This document shows, one piece after another, positions 19,681-29,452 of a DNA stretch of 64,000 bases (the first letter of the stretch is position 1; each line of letters begins with the position of its first letter). Source of the stretch: a virus. Lineage: Duplodnaviria > Caudoviricetes. A program made the position numbers and the translations under genes. A model generated the notes under the pieces. It saw nothing but the letters and a program-made list of their open reading frames with translations. It was not told the DNA's origin and did no database searches. The DNA lies in the IMG/VR virus record IMGVR_UViG_3300033073_001332, positions 128,001-192,000 of that record. One strand, 5' to 3'.

Positions 19681-22110
19681 ATGTCATTAAAAATTAATAA
19701 AAGAGGTGGGGAGACAGCATCATTTAACCCACAAAAAATTTACAATAGAGTAAAAAGAGCAGCTAAAAGTCTTAGCGTAAACTCCGATGAAATATTCATT
19801 AAAGTTATCACATCGGTACCAACTGAAGGTGAGATTACCACAAAAGAGTTAGATAAGTTAATTTATGAAATTGCCGCATCATATACCGGCAGTCATCACG
19901 ATTATTCAAGATTGGCGTCTTCAGTTGCGATTTCTTCATATCATAAAGAGACAAATGATAGTTTTTCACAAACAATGATGATGTTGTATGAAGACGGAGT
20001 CATTAATGAAAAATTAATTGAAACTATTAAAGAGTACGGTGAAGACACTATCGATGCAGTAATCAATCACGATAATGATTACAATTTTGATTATTTTGCT
20101 TGGCGTTCACTACAAGAAATGTACTTGTTAAAAAGACCAAACGGTCAAGTAGTTGAAAGACCACAACATATGTATATGAGAGTTGCGTTGTGGGTAACCG
20201 ATTCTTTTGAAGCTGCCGCTGAGTACTATAAATCATTATCCAGTCAACTTATATCAAAGGCAACTCCAATAATGATTAATGCAGGTACTAAAGTTCCTCA
20301 ATTAGCGTCTTGTGTTTTACATTATAATAATTCTGATTCGAGAGAAGGATTACTTGGAACACTTAATGATATATCGACTTTCTCATCTGACGCTGCTGGT
20401 ATAGGACTATCTATGTCTAATATTCGTAGTAAAGAAAGTAGAATTTCATCTTCAGGTGGTTATGCTGGTGGTTTGTTAAAATACTTAAAAATTGTTAACG
20501 AATCCTTACGTTATTTTAACCAACAAGGGAGAAGACCAGGAAGTGCTGCAATTTATATTGAACCATGGCATAAAGATATTTTTGATTTATTAGATATTAA
20601 AAAGAATACGGGGGCTGAAGAACTTAGAGCACGTGATTTGTTTACTGCGATATGGATACCAGACAATTTCATGAGAGCGGTTAAAAACAACTCAAGTTGG
20701 TATTTGTTCTGTCCTAATGATATTGTTAAAGCAGGTCTTAAACCATTACAAGAATGTTATGGTGAAGAGTATGAAGAAATGTACAATAGAGCCGTTCAAA
20801 TGGGATTAGGTAAAAAAGTTTCAGCTCAAACAATTTGGACCAAAATTATCGAATCTCAAGTTGAGACAGGAGTTCCTTATCTATGTTCTAAAGATAGTGC
20901 TAACAAAAAGACAAATCACCAAAATATCGGTGTCATCAAACAATCAAACTTATGTAATGAGATTTACCAATATACTGATGAAGAGACCACAGCGATATGT
21001 ACTTTATCGTCTATGGTTCTTAAAAACTTTGTAGAAAGTGGTAAGTTTAATTTTGAATTACTTTTTACTGAAGTTAGAAAAGTTGTAAGAGCACTTAATA
21101 AAGTTGTAGACATCAATAACTACTCAACGGAAAAAGGTAGAAAAGGTGGATTAGAACAAAGAGCAATTGCTATCGGTACACAAGGTTTAGCCGACGTATT
21201 TTATTTAATGGATTACATTTTTACTTCTGAAGAAGCAAAAAAATTAAATAAAGACATCTTTGAAACTATCTATTACGCAGCGGTATTTGAAAGTAACCAA
21301 TTGTGTAAAGAAGGTAAGTACCAACCATATAAGTTCTTTAAAGACTCACCTATGTCAAAAGGTATTTTCCAATATGATATGTGGGGACTAAATGAAGGAA
21401 ACCTTTCAGGAATGTGGGATTGGGACAAATTAAAAGAAAACGTAAAAGAATATGGTATTTGTAATTCCTTATTTACCGCACAAATGCCTGTGGCATCATC
21501 AGCTAAAATTACAGGTTCATTTGAAATGACAGAACCAGCACACTCAGCATTATTTAATCGTCGTGTTGTTGGTGGTGAAATTATGATTGTAAACAAATAT
21601 CTAATTAATGACTTTGAGAAGATAGGTATTTGGTGTGAAGATTTGAAAAATGAAATTATATTAAATGAAGGTTCCATTCAAAATATAAATTTCAATAACT
21701 ACTTAGATAGTGAAGATAAAAACTATAATAAGAAAGTTAAAAGAATTGAACACCTCATCCCTAAATACAAAACTATTTGGGAAATTTCACAAAAACAATT
21801 AATCGATATGGCGGCAGATAGAGCCCCATTCATCGACCAATCACAATCCATGAATATCTATATGGGTAACCCAACTCTATCAAAGATTACTTCATCCCAC
21901 TTCCACGCATGGGAAAAAGGATTAAAAACTCTTTGTTATTATGTTAGAACTAAAGCGATTTCAACGGGAGCTAAACACTTGGCGTTAGATATCTCTAAGA
22001 AAGAAAAACCTAAAACTAACATTGAGACACCAACCGTAGATTATTCATATATGAATTTACCACCAAAACCCGATAATTCAGATTTCGATTGTTTTGGTTG
22101 TTCTTCTTAA
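19681..22110 (+). CDS. nrdA: Ribonucleotide reductase class Ia alpha subunit with ATP cone
   Basis: N-terminal ATP cone, QLASC, SNLCNEI, MPVASS, DQSQSMN, KTLCYY, C-terminal CFGC. Confidence 0.95.
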   Translation: MSLKINKRGGETASFNPQKIYNRVKRAAKSLSVNSDEIFIKVITSVPTEGEITTKELDKLIYEIAASYTGSHHDYSRLASSVAISSYHKETNDSFSQTMMMLYEDGVINEKLIETIKEYGEDTIDAVINHDNDYNFDYFAWRSLQEMYLLKRPNGQVVERPQHMYMRVALWVTDSFEAAAEYYKSLSSQLISKATPIMINAGTKVPQLASCVLHYNNSDSREGLLGTLNDISTFSSDAAGIGLSMSNIRSKESRISSSGGYAGGLLKYLKIVNESLRYFNQQGRRPGSAAIYIEPWHKDIFDLLDIKKNTGAEELRARDLFTAIWIPDNFMRAVKNNSSWYLFCPNDIVKAGLKPLQECYGEEYEEMYNRAVQMGLGKKVSAQTIWTKIIESQVETGVPYLCSKDSANKKTNHQNIGVIKQSNLCNEIYQYTDEETTAICTLSSMVLKNFVESGKFNFELLFTEVRKVVRALNKVVDINNYSTEKGRKGGLEQRAIAIGTQGLADVFYLMDYIFTSEEAKKLNKDIFETIYYAAVFESNQLCKEGKYQPYKFFKDSPMSKGIFQYDMWGLNEGNLSGMWDWDKLKENVKEYGICNSLFTAQMPVASSAKITGSFEMTEPAHSALFNRRVVGGEIMIVNKYLINDFEKIGIWCEDLKNEIILNEGSIQNINFNNYLDSEDKNYNKKVKRIEHLIPKYKTIWEISQKQLIDMAADRAPFIDQSQSMNIYMGNPTLSKITSSHFHAWEKGLKTLCYYVRTKAISTGAKHLALDISKKEKPKTNIETPTVDYSYMNLPPKPDNSDFDCFGCSS

Positions 22111-22120
22111 TCACGACACT

Positions 22121-22147
22121 AATCCCGACACTATGTCGGGATTTTTT
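22121..22147 (+). terminator. Rho-independent terminator after nrdA
   Basis: AATCCCGACA-cta-TGTCGGGATT hairpin followed by a T run. Confidence 0.8.
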
Positions 22148-22157
22148 ATTTAATAAC

Positions 22158-22190
22158 TATTTATTGAAAATATCACGATACTATATTTAT
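22158..22190 (+). promoter_or_regulatory. Two TATTTAT putative late promoters for the baseplate wedge operon
   Basis: TATTTAT at 22158-22164 and 22184-22190; ATG at 22196. Confidence 0.55.
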
Positions 22191-22195
22191 CTAAT

Positions 22196-22660
22196 ATGGC
22201 AAACGGAATAACATATGGTATACATTTCCCATTTTTACAAAGTGATAAGGGAAATTATTTAAGGTTGACTGAAACGACTGATGAAGAAATCAGAACCGAC
22301 TTGGTACATTTGTTAATGACAAGGAGAGGAACAAGATATTTTTTACCCGATTTTGGAACTAGATTATATGAATATATTTTTGAACCATTAGATGGTGCTA
22401 CGTTTGAAGAAATCAGAAGTGAAATACAAGAACAGGTTGATAAGTATATTCCTAATCTAACTATTAATAGTATTACGGTGGAACCTTATACTGAAAGTGG
22501 TGATGTTGCAGGTCAACTAGACTATGAATTGTTAGGTCAAGCAAGTATATACCGTATACCGGGAGCAAATACCGCTGAATACAGCGCAAAAATAAAAATT
22601 GACTACACAAATGACGCTAGAGCTTTTGGTAGTAGACAATTCGTGATAATCAACATATAA
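22196..22660 (+). CDS. Baseplate wedge protein, gp25/GPW-like
   Basis: LLMTRRGTRYFLPDFGTRLYEYIFEP matches the gp25 family pattern. Confidence 0.85.
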   Translation: MANGITYGIHFPFLQSDKGNYLRLTETTDEEIRTDLVHLLMTRRGTRYFLPDFGTRLYEYIFEPLDGATFEEIRSEIQEQVDKYIPNLTINSITVEPYTESGDVAGQLDYELLGQASIYRIPGANTAEYSAKIKIDYTNDARAFGSRQFVIINI

Positions 22661-22661
22661 A

Positions 22662-24500
22662 ATGGCAAACAACAAAATTAACTATACGGACAGGGACTTT
22701 GAGGCGATAAGAACTGGTTTAATAAATTATACTAAACAATATTATCCCGAGTTAATTCAAAACTTCAACGACGCATCCGTGTTTTCAGTTTTGATGGATT
22801 TAAATGCTGCGGTTGCCGATAACTTACATTATCACATAGATAGAAGTATACAAGAAACGGTATTACAATATGCACAACAAAAGTCCTCAATTTATAATAT
22901 TGCAAGGACTTATGGATTAAAAATACCAGGATATAGACCTTCAGTTGCGGTTGTAGATATTTCAATTACGGTTCCACCTTTGGGTGACGCTGAAGATTAT
23001 CGTTACTTAGGAATTTTAAGAGCGGGGTCACAATTTAATGGTGGAGGAACTACTTTTGAAACCGTATACGACATTGACTTCTCAACTCAATATAACCAAG
23101 AAGGTGCTGTGAATAGAACAAAAGTTCCAACTTTTGATGCGAACAACAAGATTATTAATTATGTAATTACAAAAAGAGAAGTTGTAGTTAACGGTACAAC
23201 TAAAGTATTCAAAAGAGTAATTAACGCATCTGACGTTGTCCCATTCTTTAATTTCTTTTTACCTGAAAGAAATGTATTAGGTGTAAATGCGATTATCCAA
23301 CGAGATGGAACTAGTTATCCAAACGTTCCAAATTACGGAGAATTTACAACTGCTGCAGGTAAATGGTATGAAGTTGATGCTTTGGCTGAAGACACCGTTT
23401 TCATTGAAGACCCAACAAAACCTGTTGATAATGCAGGTATAAAAGTTGGTAAGTACATTAAAACGGAAAACAGATTTATTACTGAATACACACCAGAAGG
23501 TTTCTTAAAAATACAATTTGGGGGAGGAACAACAACACCTAATATACAACTAGCAAACTTTGCAAAACAAGGAATAAATTTAGATTTAGCAAATTACCAA
23601 AACAATATTGGATTAGGTTTAACGGTACAACCAAACACAACAATATTTGTTCAATATAGAACTGGTGGTGGTTTGGCGTCTAATGTTGGTGTTGGTGTAA
23701 TTAATCAAGTTGGTACTATTGATTTTGCAGTCAATGGTCCATCTGATTCAATTAACTCTAACGTATTAAATTCATTAGTAGTAAACAACGTTACTGCCGC
23801 TATCGGAGGTGCTAATCCACCATCGACTGAAGAAGTGAGAAACATGGTTGCGTTTAATTTTGCTGCACAAAAAAGAGCGGTTACGGTTAACGATTATAAG
23901 TCGTTGATTGATACGATGCCTGGAAAATTTGGAGCACCTGCAAAAGTGGCAATTACAGAAAATAATAACAAAATCACAATTCAAATCCTTTCTTACGACG
24001 GAAGTGGAAAATTAACTCAAACCGTTTCCAATAACTTAAAAACAAATTTAGCAACATACCTTTCTAAGTTCAGGATGATTAATGACTACATTAGTATTGA
24101 TGTTGCTAAAGTAGTTGACTTGGCTTTCGATATATATGTTGTTATTGAATCTAATGTTAATCAAGGACAAGTTATTACTGAAGTAATTAACCAAGTTTCA
24201 AATTACATGGCTCCTGAAAATAGAGAAATGGGTCAAAATGTTAACGTATCAGACGTAAGGAGATTGATACAAAATACCGCAGGTGTAATAAGTTTAAGTA
24301 AATTACAAGTATTCAATAAAGTTGGAGGTCAATATTCAACATCTGAAACATCACAAAGATATATTGACAAGACAACAAGAGAAATAGAATTAATTGACGA
24401 TAATATATTTGCAGAACCAACGCAAATATATCAAGTAAGGTTTGACAATAAAGACATTAGAGTGTTTGTAAAAAATCTTACATCAGTAGATTTCACATAA
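22662..24500 (+). CDS. Baseplate wedge protein, T4 gp6/baseplate J-like
   Basis: YTDRDFEAIR..QNFND, IQFGGG, YRTGGG..SN, AAIGGAN, QKRAVTVNDY. Confidence 0.85.
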   Translation: MANNKINYTDRDFEAIRTGLINYTKQYYPELIQNFNDASVFSVLMDLNAAVADNLHYHIDRSIQETVLQYAQQKSSIYNIARTYGLKIPGYRPSVAVVDISITVPPLGDAEDYRYLGILRAGSQFNGGGTTFETVYDIDFSTQYNQEGAVNRTKVPTFDANNKIINYVITKREVVVNGTTKVFKRVINASDVVPFFNFFLPERNVLGVNAIIQRDGTSYPNVPNYGEFTTAAGKWYEVDALAEDTVFIEDPTKPVDNAGIKVGKYIKTENRFITEYTPEGFLKIQFGGGTTTPNIQLANFAKQGINLDLANYQNNIGLGLTVQPNTTIFVQYRTGGGLASNVGVGVINQVGTIDFAVNGPSDSINSNVLNSLVVNNVTAAIGGANPPSTEEVRNMVAFNFAAQKRAVTVNDYKSLIDTMPGKFGAPAKVAITENNNKITIQILSYDGSGKLTQTVSNNLKTNLATYLSKFRMINDYISIDVAKVVDLAFDIYVVIESNVNQGQVITEVINQVSNYMAPENREMGQNVNVSDVRRLIQNTAGVISLSKLQVFNKVGGQYSTSETSQRYIDKTTREIELIDDNIFAEPTQIYQVRFDNKDIRVFVKNLTSVDFT

Positions 24501-24574
24501 GATTATTTATTTCCCAATTGTCTTACCTATTTTTTGTAAAATGGGCAAAATAACTATTTATTTTTAAAAGACGA

Positions 24575-27500
24575 ATGACCAAAAGTTATAGGATAAGAAC
24601 ACAACCAGGAACAGACAAAAACATAAGAGTTAATATCAATCAAGATTTTGACTTTTTGGAAATTCTTTCACTAAAATTAAGACAAGAGGATGTTTATACT
24701 CGTTTTTGTGCTGACTATGGTGTTGTTACAGGTAGAGTCGTTGTAAACGGAGGATATGGGGTCCCAAATGCTAATGTATCAATATTTGTTCCTTTAGATA
24801 GTGTTGATGAAAATGACCCCGTCATTTCTACACTTTATCCTTATAGAAATGTAGACCAAAAAAATGAAGATGGTTATAGATATAATCTATTACCGTATAG
24901 ACAAGAATATGCGGGACACACGCCAACAGGAACATTTCCCGATAAAGAAGATATTTTAACAAGAACTGAAGTATTAGAAGTATATGAGAAATACTACAAG
25001 TATACCGTAAAAACAAATGAAAGTGGTGACTTTATGATTATTGGAGCACCTCTTGGTATGCAAACTCTAACTTTAGATTTAGACCTTTCAAACATTGGTT
25101 GTTTTTCATTAAGACCTGCTGATTTGATAAGAGCGGGACTTGCAACACCTGAACAATTTAATGGAGACCAATTTAAATCATCTACAGATTTAAGTTCATT
25201 ACCACAATTGGTTAACATCAGACAAGACATTGAAGTAACATCTTTTTGGGGAGAAAATGAAATTTGTAATATTGGTATCACAAGAGCTGACTTTGACCTT
25301 CGTGATTTTGGAATTGAAATTAAACCTCATGCTGTTTTCATGGGGTCATTATTTTCATCCGCAGATGAAGATTACTTAAAGACAAATTGCAAACCAGGAA
25401 AAGACACAGGTAAATTATGTGATTTAGTTAGTGCTCCTGGTTCTATATTAGCTGTTAGACAAACAATTGATTACGATACTAGTGGTAGACCTATACTTGA
25501 AAGATATAACCTACCTGATGGTGGTAAGGTAATTGACGATGAAGGGACATGGTTAGTTGAAGTCCCTATGAATTTGGATTACGTCACAACCAATGAATTT
25601 GGAGAACAAGTACTATCCAATGACCCTAATGTTGGTATACCTACAAAAGGTAAATACCGTTTTAGAATTCAATATCAAAATGAGTCAGGAATGGAGAACT
25701 CTATTATGAGGGGTGATTATTTAGTTCCTAACGTAAAAGAATGGGGATGGTCATTAAATAATGACGATGAACCAACTGATTTGAATGCTCAACTTTATTC
25801 ATATGCGTTTAGTTTAGACTGGAATGATTATGGTGACGATACCACAACCATCGGTCAACAAATGATACAAGAGGCTATTGATTGTGAAGATAGGTTCTAC
25901 GAATTCAATTACAACAAGGTTTATACTATTTCTAATTTTATTGATAGATGGAAATGGGGGTCAAATAGATTAAAACATTTAGGTATAAAAGATATTACAG
26001 ATAGAACCTGTACCAATACGGTTAATAAATTTCCTGTAAACGATGGAGTTAGAAATTTTGACTTTTTGGTTTTTGTAATGAATTTGTTAATAACAATTTT
26101 GACACCAACATTTGTTAGTTTAATTACAATCTTACATGTATTGGCTCTTCTTTATCCTGTACTACGTGTTGTTATTAATGTTTTATTATGGTTAATTAAC
26201 GGGTTAATTTATAGTATATGTGTTGTGGTGGCTGCATTATCACCTAAACTTAAAAAAGAAGATTGTAAAAAACAAAATATTCAACCACTAAGTAAGGATA
26301 ATCCGTTCAAGAGAATATCACTTCCAATGATGTCATATCCTGATTGTGAAGCATGTCCTTGTGAAGATGTGGCACTTCCTGAAGATACCACAGGGTTTCA
26401 ACAAACTGCTACCGTAGTTATTTCATCTAATAACTTTAGTCCACTATCTAACTTAAACTCAATTGCTTCGTTTAGTTCATACAATAGTATTTTTGCATCT
26501 AACTCGGGTAATGCTGAAAGTTTTAATAATGGAATACGACAAGCATATGCGGGATACCAATTCCAATCACTTGGAAATAATTTTGATAAATTAATAAAAA
26601 CTCCAGTCACACAATGGCCAGGTCAAGGTGGTATAACAAGAACAGGTTATGATGTTCAGTTGGCTCAGTCTATGAACTTAGCAAACGTTAGACAAAGATA
26701 TTTTGATGGAGAAAACCATATTAGAACAACGGTAAGAAACATTAACCCATCTACAAATTTAGTTGACCCGTCAACAACTTTCGATGATAGTGTTTTAATT
26801 TTGTTATGTGACCCAGGAACAATTACTAATTTAACACCGGCTCAACTTTTAAGTTTTACAGATTTAACAACAATTAATGACCCTAACATTTCAGGACTAT
26901 CAACACCTAATCAGTTTAATACCAATAATGTAACAGGTTCAACACCATACAACCCAACGGCTTTAGTTAATAAACAAATTAATTGGATTGGTACAGGTGG
27001 TACGGTTCAAAATGGTGTTTTAAAATTAAGTATAACTGAAAACGGAAAAGAATATAAATTTAAAGCGGGTGTGGAATATTTCCAATACTTGACAGGTGGT
27101 ACAATACAACAATATTCAGGAATAACAAATACGACAGGTGGATTATTAAACAAATATCTATTCCAAAAAACACAAGCATATCAATACGGTGGGGTTGCCA
27201 ATATTGCACCACAAACTGATTACATTTACCCAATTAAATTTTTAGATGGATTCCAAGATTTAGAAATAGTAATCATATCAAGAGGTGTTGACCCATACAC
27301 AGAAAAACAAAATATTAGATATGACCTATCTAGATTGTTTGGTTATTCGTTTGGTTCAGGACCGATAATTGAAGGTAGTTACTATCTTAACGTACCAATC
27401 AAACCAAACACAGGACCAGCAACAAGTTTTTCATTCTATCCCTGGTATACGTCTTATGTTACTCCAGAAACACATAAGGTAAACGATAATACAAATACAT

Positions 27501-29452
27501 CACTATACCACCAACCTTATGGGTTTACCGTAGATAATACAAAATTTAGTTCATTTACTAATAACTCTTTGTATTACTATAACTCAACAGATAAAAGCCA
27601 AGCAATATCATTTAAAGCATTCAATTTTGACGTTAGAAACTTAGCATATTTTACAAATAACACGGGAACTATAGATAATAGTTCAGTAAACAATATATGC
27701 TTCCAATACAATCTAACGGCATCGACCGTAACTAGTCAAGGTAATATTGAAGGTGGTACAATTATAACATCTAATGTTCCTCAATCAGGCACCTTTGACC
27801 CTGTACAAAATACTTCACTGGAGGTAAGAGCAATGTCACCGGCTTATCACTTACAACAATTTACTAATGTCACTATGACAAATAATAATAGATTAGTTTT
27901 TAGGTCCGATAGGTTACCAACATCAACTTCAGTTCAAGTAAGTGGTAATTCTTCATATTCATTACATCTAAATGATAACTTTTCTATTTATTTGGTTGAT
28001 GAAGAAGGTAATGGAGTTGTTGCACCATTTGTATCATTACAGGCAACTGACACTACTAACAACTTAGCGGATTTAACTGGTGATACTGCTAATGGCATTA
28101 CTGATGCTGTTATACGTTCACTACAATGTGAAAATTTAACACTTCTTGAATGTTATAGTGGTAGTGGTACAAGTTTCGGAGTAGATGAACCGTGTGATGC
28201 TAATTTGGATAACAAAAGAGTAATGGGTGGATGTTATTATTTTGTCGATAAACCTTTGATAGTTTCAATACCTAAAGACATAAAATACTTTATAGAATGG
28301 AAAGCAAGGTTTAGAATGATGTTTGCTGCATGTAGGGGCGTATTCTCACAAGTTTTCCAAAATAATTGGGTTAATGGGACTTTATATATGTTCTCTTTTA
28401 AAAAGAAAACCATATTCAACGTTACAGGACAACCAAAAAAATATCAATTCTGTGGTAGTTATGATAGTTCATTTAGACCAGGACAAGGACCTATTTTTTA
28501 TACTGAAGGAACAACTAATTCATTATTTTATAGGTCAACACCATATAATGGAACAAACTTTATCGGACAAATCCCACAAAGTAAAACTCCACTTACTAAC
28601 CTTTCCCCTGTAAGTTTCAAAGGTATTAACACTAGAAACATATTTTTCCCAACAACCATAATGGATTTGGGACCAAGAGACCAATTTACAAAAGAAATAT
28701 GTACTAATCCACAATTTGAAGGTTACATGTTAGAAACAATGAAATCCACATCATATAATGATACATCAGACTTACTTCAATTATTTATCATTTCAAGATT
28801 GATTAATACGAACTTTTTAGGTCAGATGTTAGGGGTTGGTGACGCATCAATTAATCGAATGTTCTCAAGAAGTGAAGACAGAATTGATGGTGATATTGCA
28901 CAATTATTTAGTATTAACTCAGAATATGGTGTTGAAGGTTTCAGTGATGATGTATATGATGATGATACATTATATGTTGCCGGTTCAGGTGATGCGTTGG
29001 TTGGAGTATTCTTCACAGGTAATACCGAAAATAGAATAAAATTAACACCAGGTATAACAACTTTCTCACCAACACTTAGCAACTATTATGGTTATCCTAA
29101 AACTCAAGAAGTTCCATTTTATTTATGGAAATTAGCGTCAACAAATACAATTTTTGGTGATGATAAAAACGATTGGTCAACAGGGTTACAAGGTTCAGGA
29201 TTTTATAAACAAAAATACCAAACCATGAGTTTCTACCAAGCACCTTTCTCCAACTACTTCAATAGTACGAATTATGGTAAGAAGGGTTACATTTATAATA
29301 GTAATAGTAATGGGTATAGTGCTTCATTCCCTCCGGGTCAAAATAATAGTTTCGTAGTTGGTGCCCCATATCATTTCTATTTTGGTTTAGGAAAAGGTAA
29401 GACAGCAATCAACAGATACATAACAAAATATATTTTGAATCAAGATGTCTAA
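24575..29452 (+). CDS. Large virion structural protein with an internal hydrophobic segment
   Basis: 1625 aa; N-terminal GRVVVNGGYGVPNANVSIF / TNESGDFMIIG prealbumin-like sandwich; TATTTAT at 24555; in the baseplate operon. Confidence 0.55.
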   Translation: MTKSYRIRTQPGTDKNIRVNINQDFDFLEILSLKLRQEDVYTRFCADYGVVTGRVVVNGGYGVPNANVSIFVPLDSVDENDPVISTLYPYRNVDQKNEDGYRYNLLPYRQEYAGHTPTGTFPDKEDILTRTEVLEVYEKYYKYTVKTNESGDFMIIGAPLGMQTLTLDLDLSNIGCFSLRPADLIRAGLATPEQFNGDQFKSSTDLSSLPQLVNIRQDIEVTSFWGENEICNIGITRADFDLRDFGIEIKPHAVFMGSLFSSADEDYLKTNCKPGKDTGKLCDLVSAPGSILAVRQTIDYDTSGRPILERYNLPDGGKVIDDEGTWLVEVPMNLDYVTTNEFGEQVLSNDPNVGIPTKGKYRFRIQYQNESGMENSIMRGDYLVPNVKEWGWSLNNDDEPTDLNAQLYSYAFSLDWNDYGDDTTTIGQQMIQEAIDCEDRFYEFNYNKVYTISNFIDRWKWGSNRLKHLGIKDITDRTCTNTVNKFPVNDGVRNFDFLVFVMNLLITILTPTFVSLITILHVLALLYPVLRVVINVLLWLINGLIYSICVVVAALSPKLKKEDCKKQNIQPLSKDNPFKRISLPMMSYPDCEACPCEDVALPEDTTGFQQTATVVISSNNFSPLSNLNSIASFSSYNSIFASNSGNAESFNNGIRQAYAGYQFQSLGNNFDKLIKTPVTQWPGQGGITRTGYDVQLAQSMNLANVRQRYFDGENHIRTTVRNINPSTNLVDPSTTFDDSVLILLCDPGTITNLTPAQLLSFTDLTTINDPNISGLSTPNQFNTNNVTGSTPYNPTALVNKQINWIGTGGTVQNGVLKLSITENGKEYKFKAGVEYFQYLTGGTIQQYSGITNTTGGLLNKYLFQKTQAYQYGGVANIAPQTDYIYPIKFLDGFQDLEIVIISRGVDPYTEKQNIRYDLSRLFGYSFGSGPIIEGSYYLNVPIKPNTGPATSFSFYPWYTSYVTPETHKVNDNTNTSLYHQPYGFTVDNTKFSSFTNNSLYYYNSTDKSQAISFKAFNFDVRNLAYFTNNTGTIDNSSVNNICFQYNLTASTVTSQGNIEGGTIITSNVPQSGTFDPVQNTSLEVRAMSPAYHLQQFTNVTMTNNNRLVFRSDRLPTSTSVQVSGNSSYSLHLNDNFSIYLVDEEGNGVVAPFVSLQATDTTNNLADLTGDTANGITDAVIRSLQCENLTLLECYSGSGTSFGVDEPCDANLDNKRVMGGCYYFVDKPLIVSIPKDIKYFIEWKARFRMMFAACRGVFSQVFQNNWVNGTLYMFSFKKKTIFNVTGQPKKYQFCGSYDSSFRPGQGPIFYTEGTTNSLFYRSTPYNGTNFIGQIPQSKTPLTNLSPVSFKGINTRNIFFPTTIMDLGPRDQFTKEICTNPQFEGYMLETMKSTSYNDTSDLLQLFIISRLINTNFLGQMLGVGDASINRMFSRSEDRIDGDIAQLFSINSEYGVEGFSDDVYDDDTLYVAGSGDALVGVFFTGNTENRIKLTPGITTFSPTLSNYYGYPKTQEVPFYLWKLASTNTIFGDDKNDWSTGLQGSGFYKQKYQTMSFYQAPFSNYFNSTNYGKKGYIYNSNSNGYSASFPPGQNNSFVVGAPYHFYFGLGKGKTAINRYITKYILNQDV

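Noticed and set aside
14787-22110. Inteins or introns in recA, dnaB or nrdAB
   Set aside because: Lengths are typical, frames are continuous, and no splicing motifs were seen.
18723-22110. Eukaryotic giant-virus origin suggested by the eukaryote-like RNR and GT60
   Set aside because: Baseplate genes, sigma-70, DnaG/DnaB, bacterial promoters and coupled operons indicate a bacteriophage.
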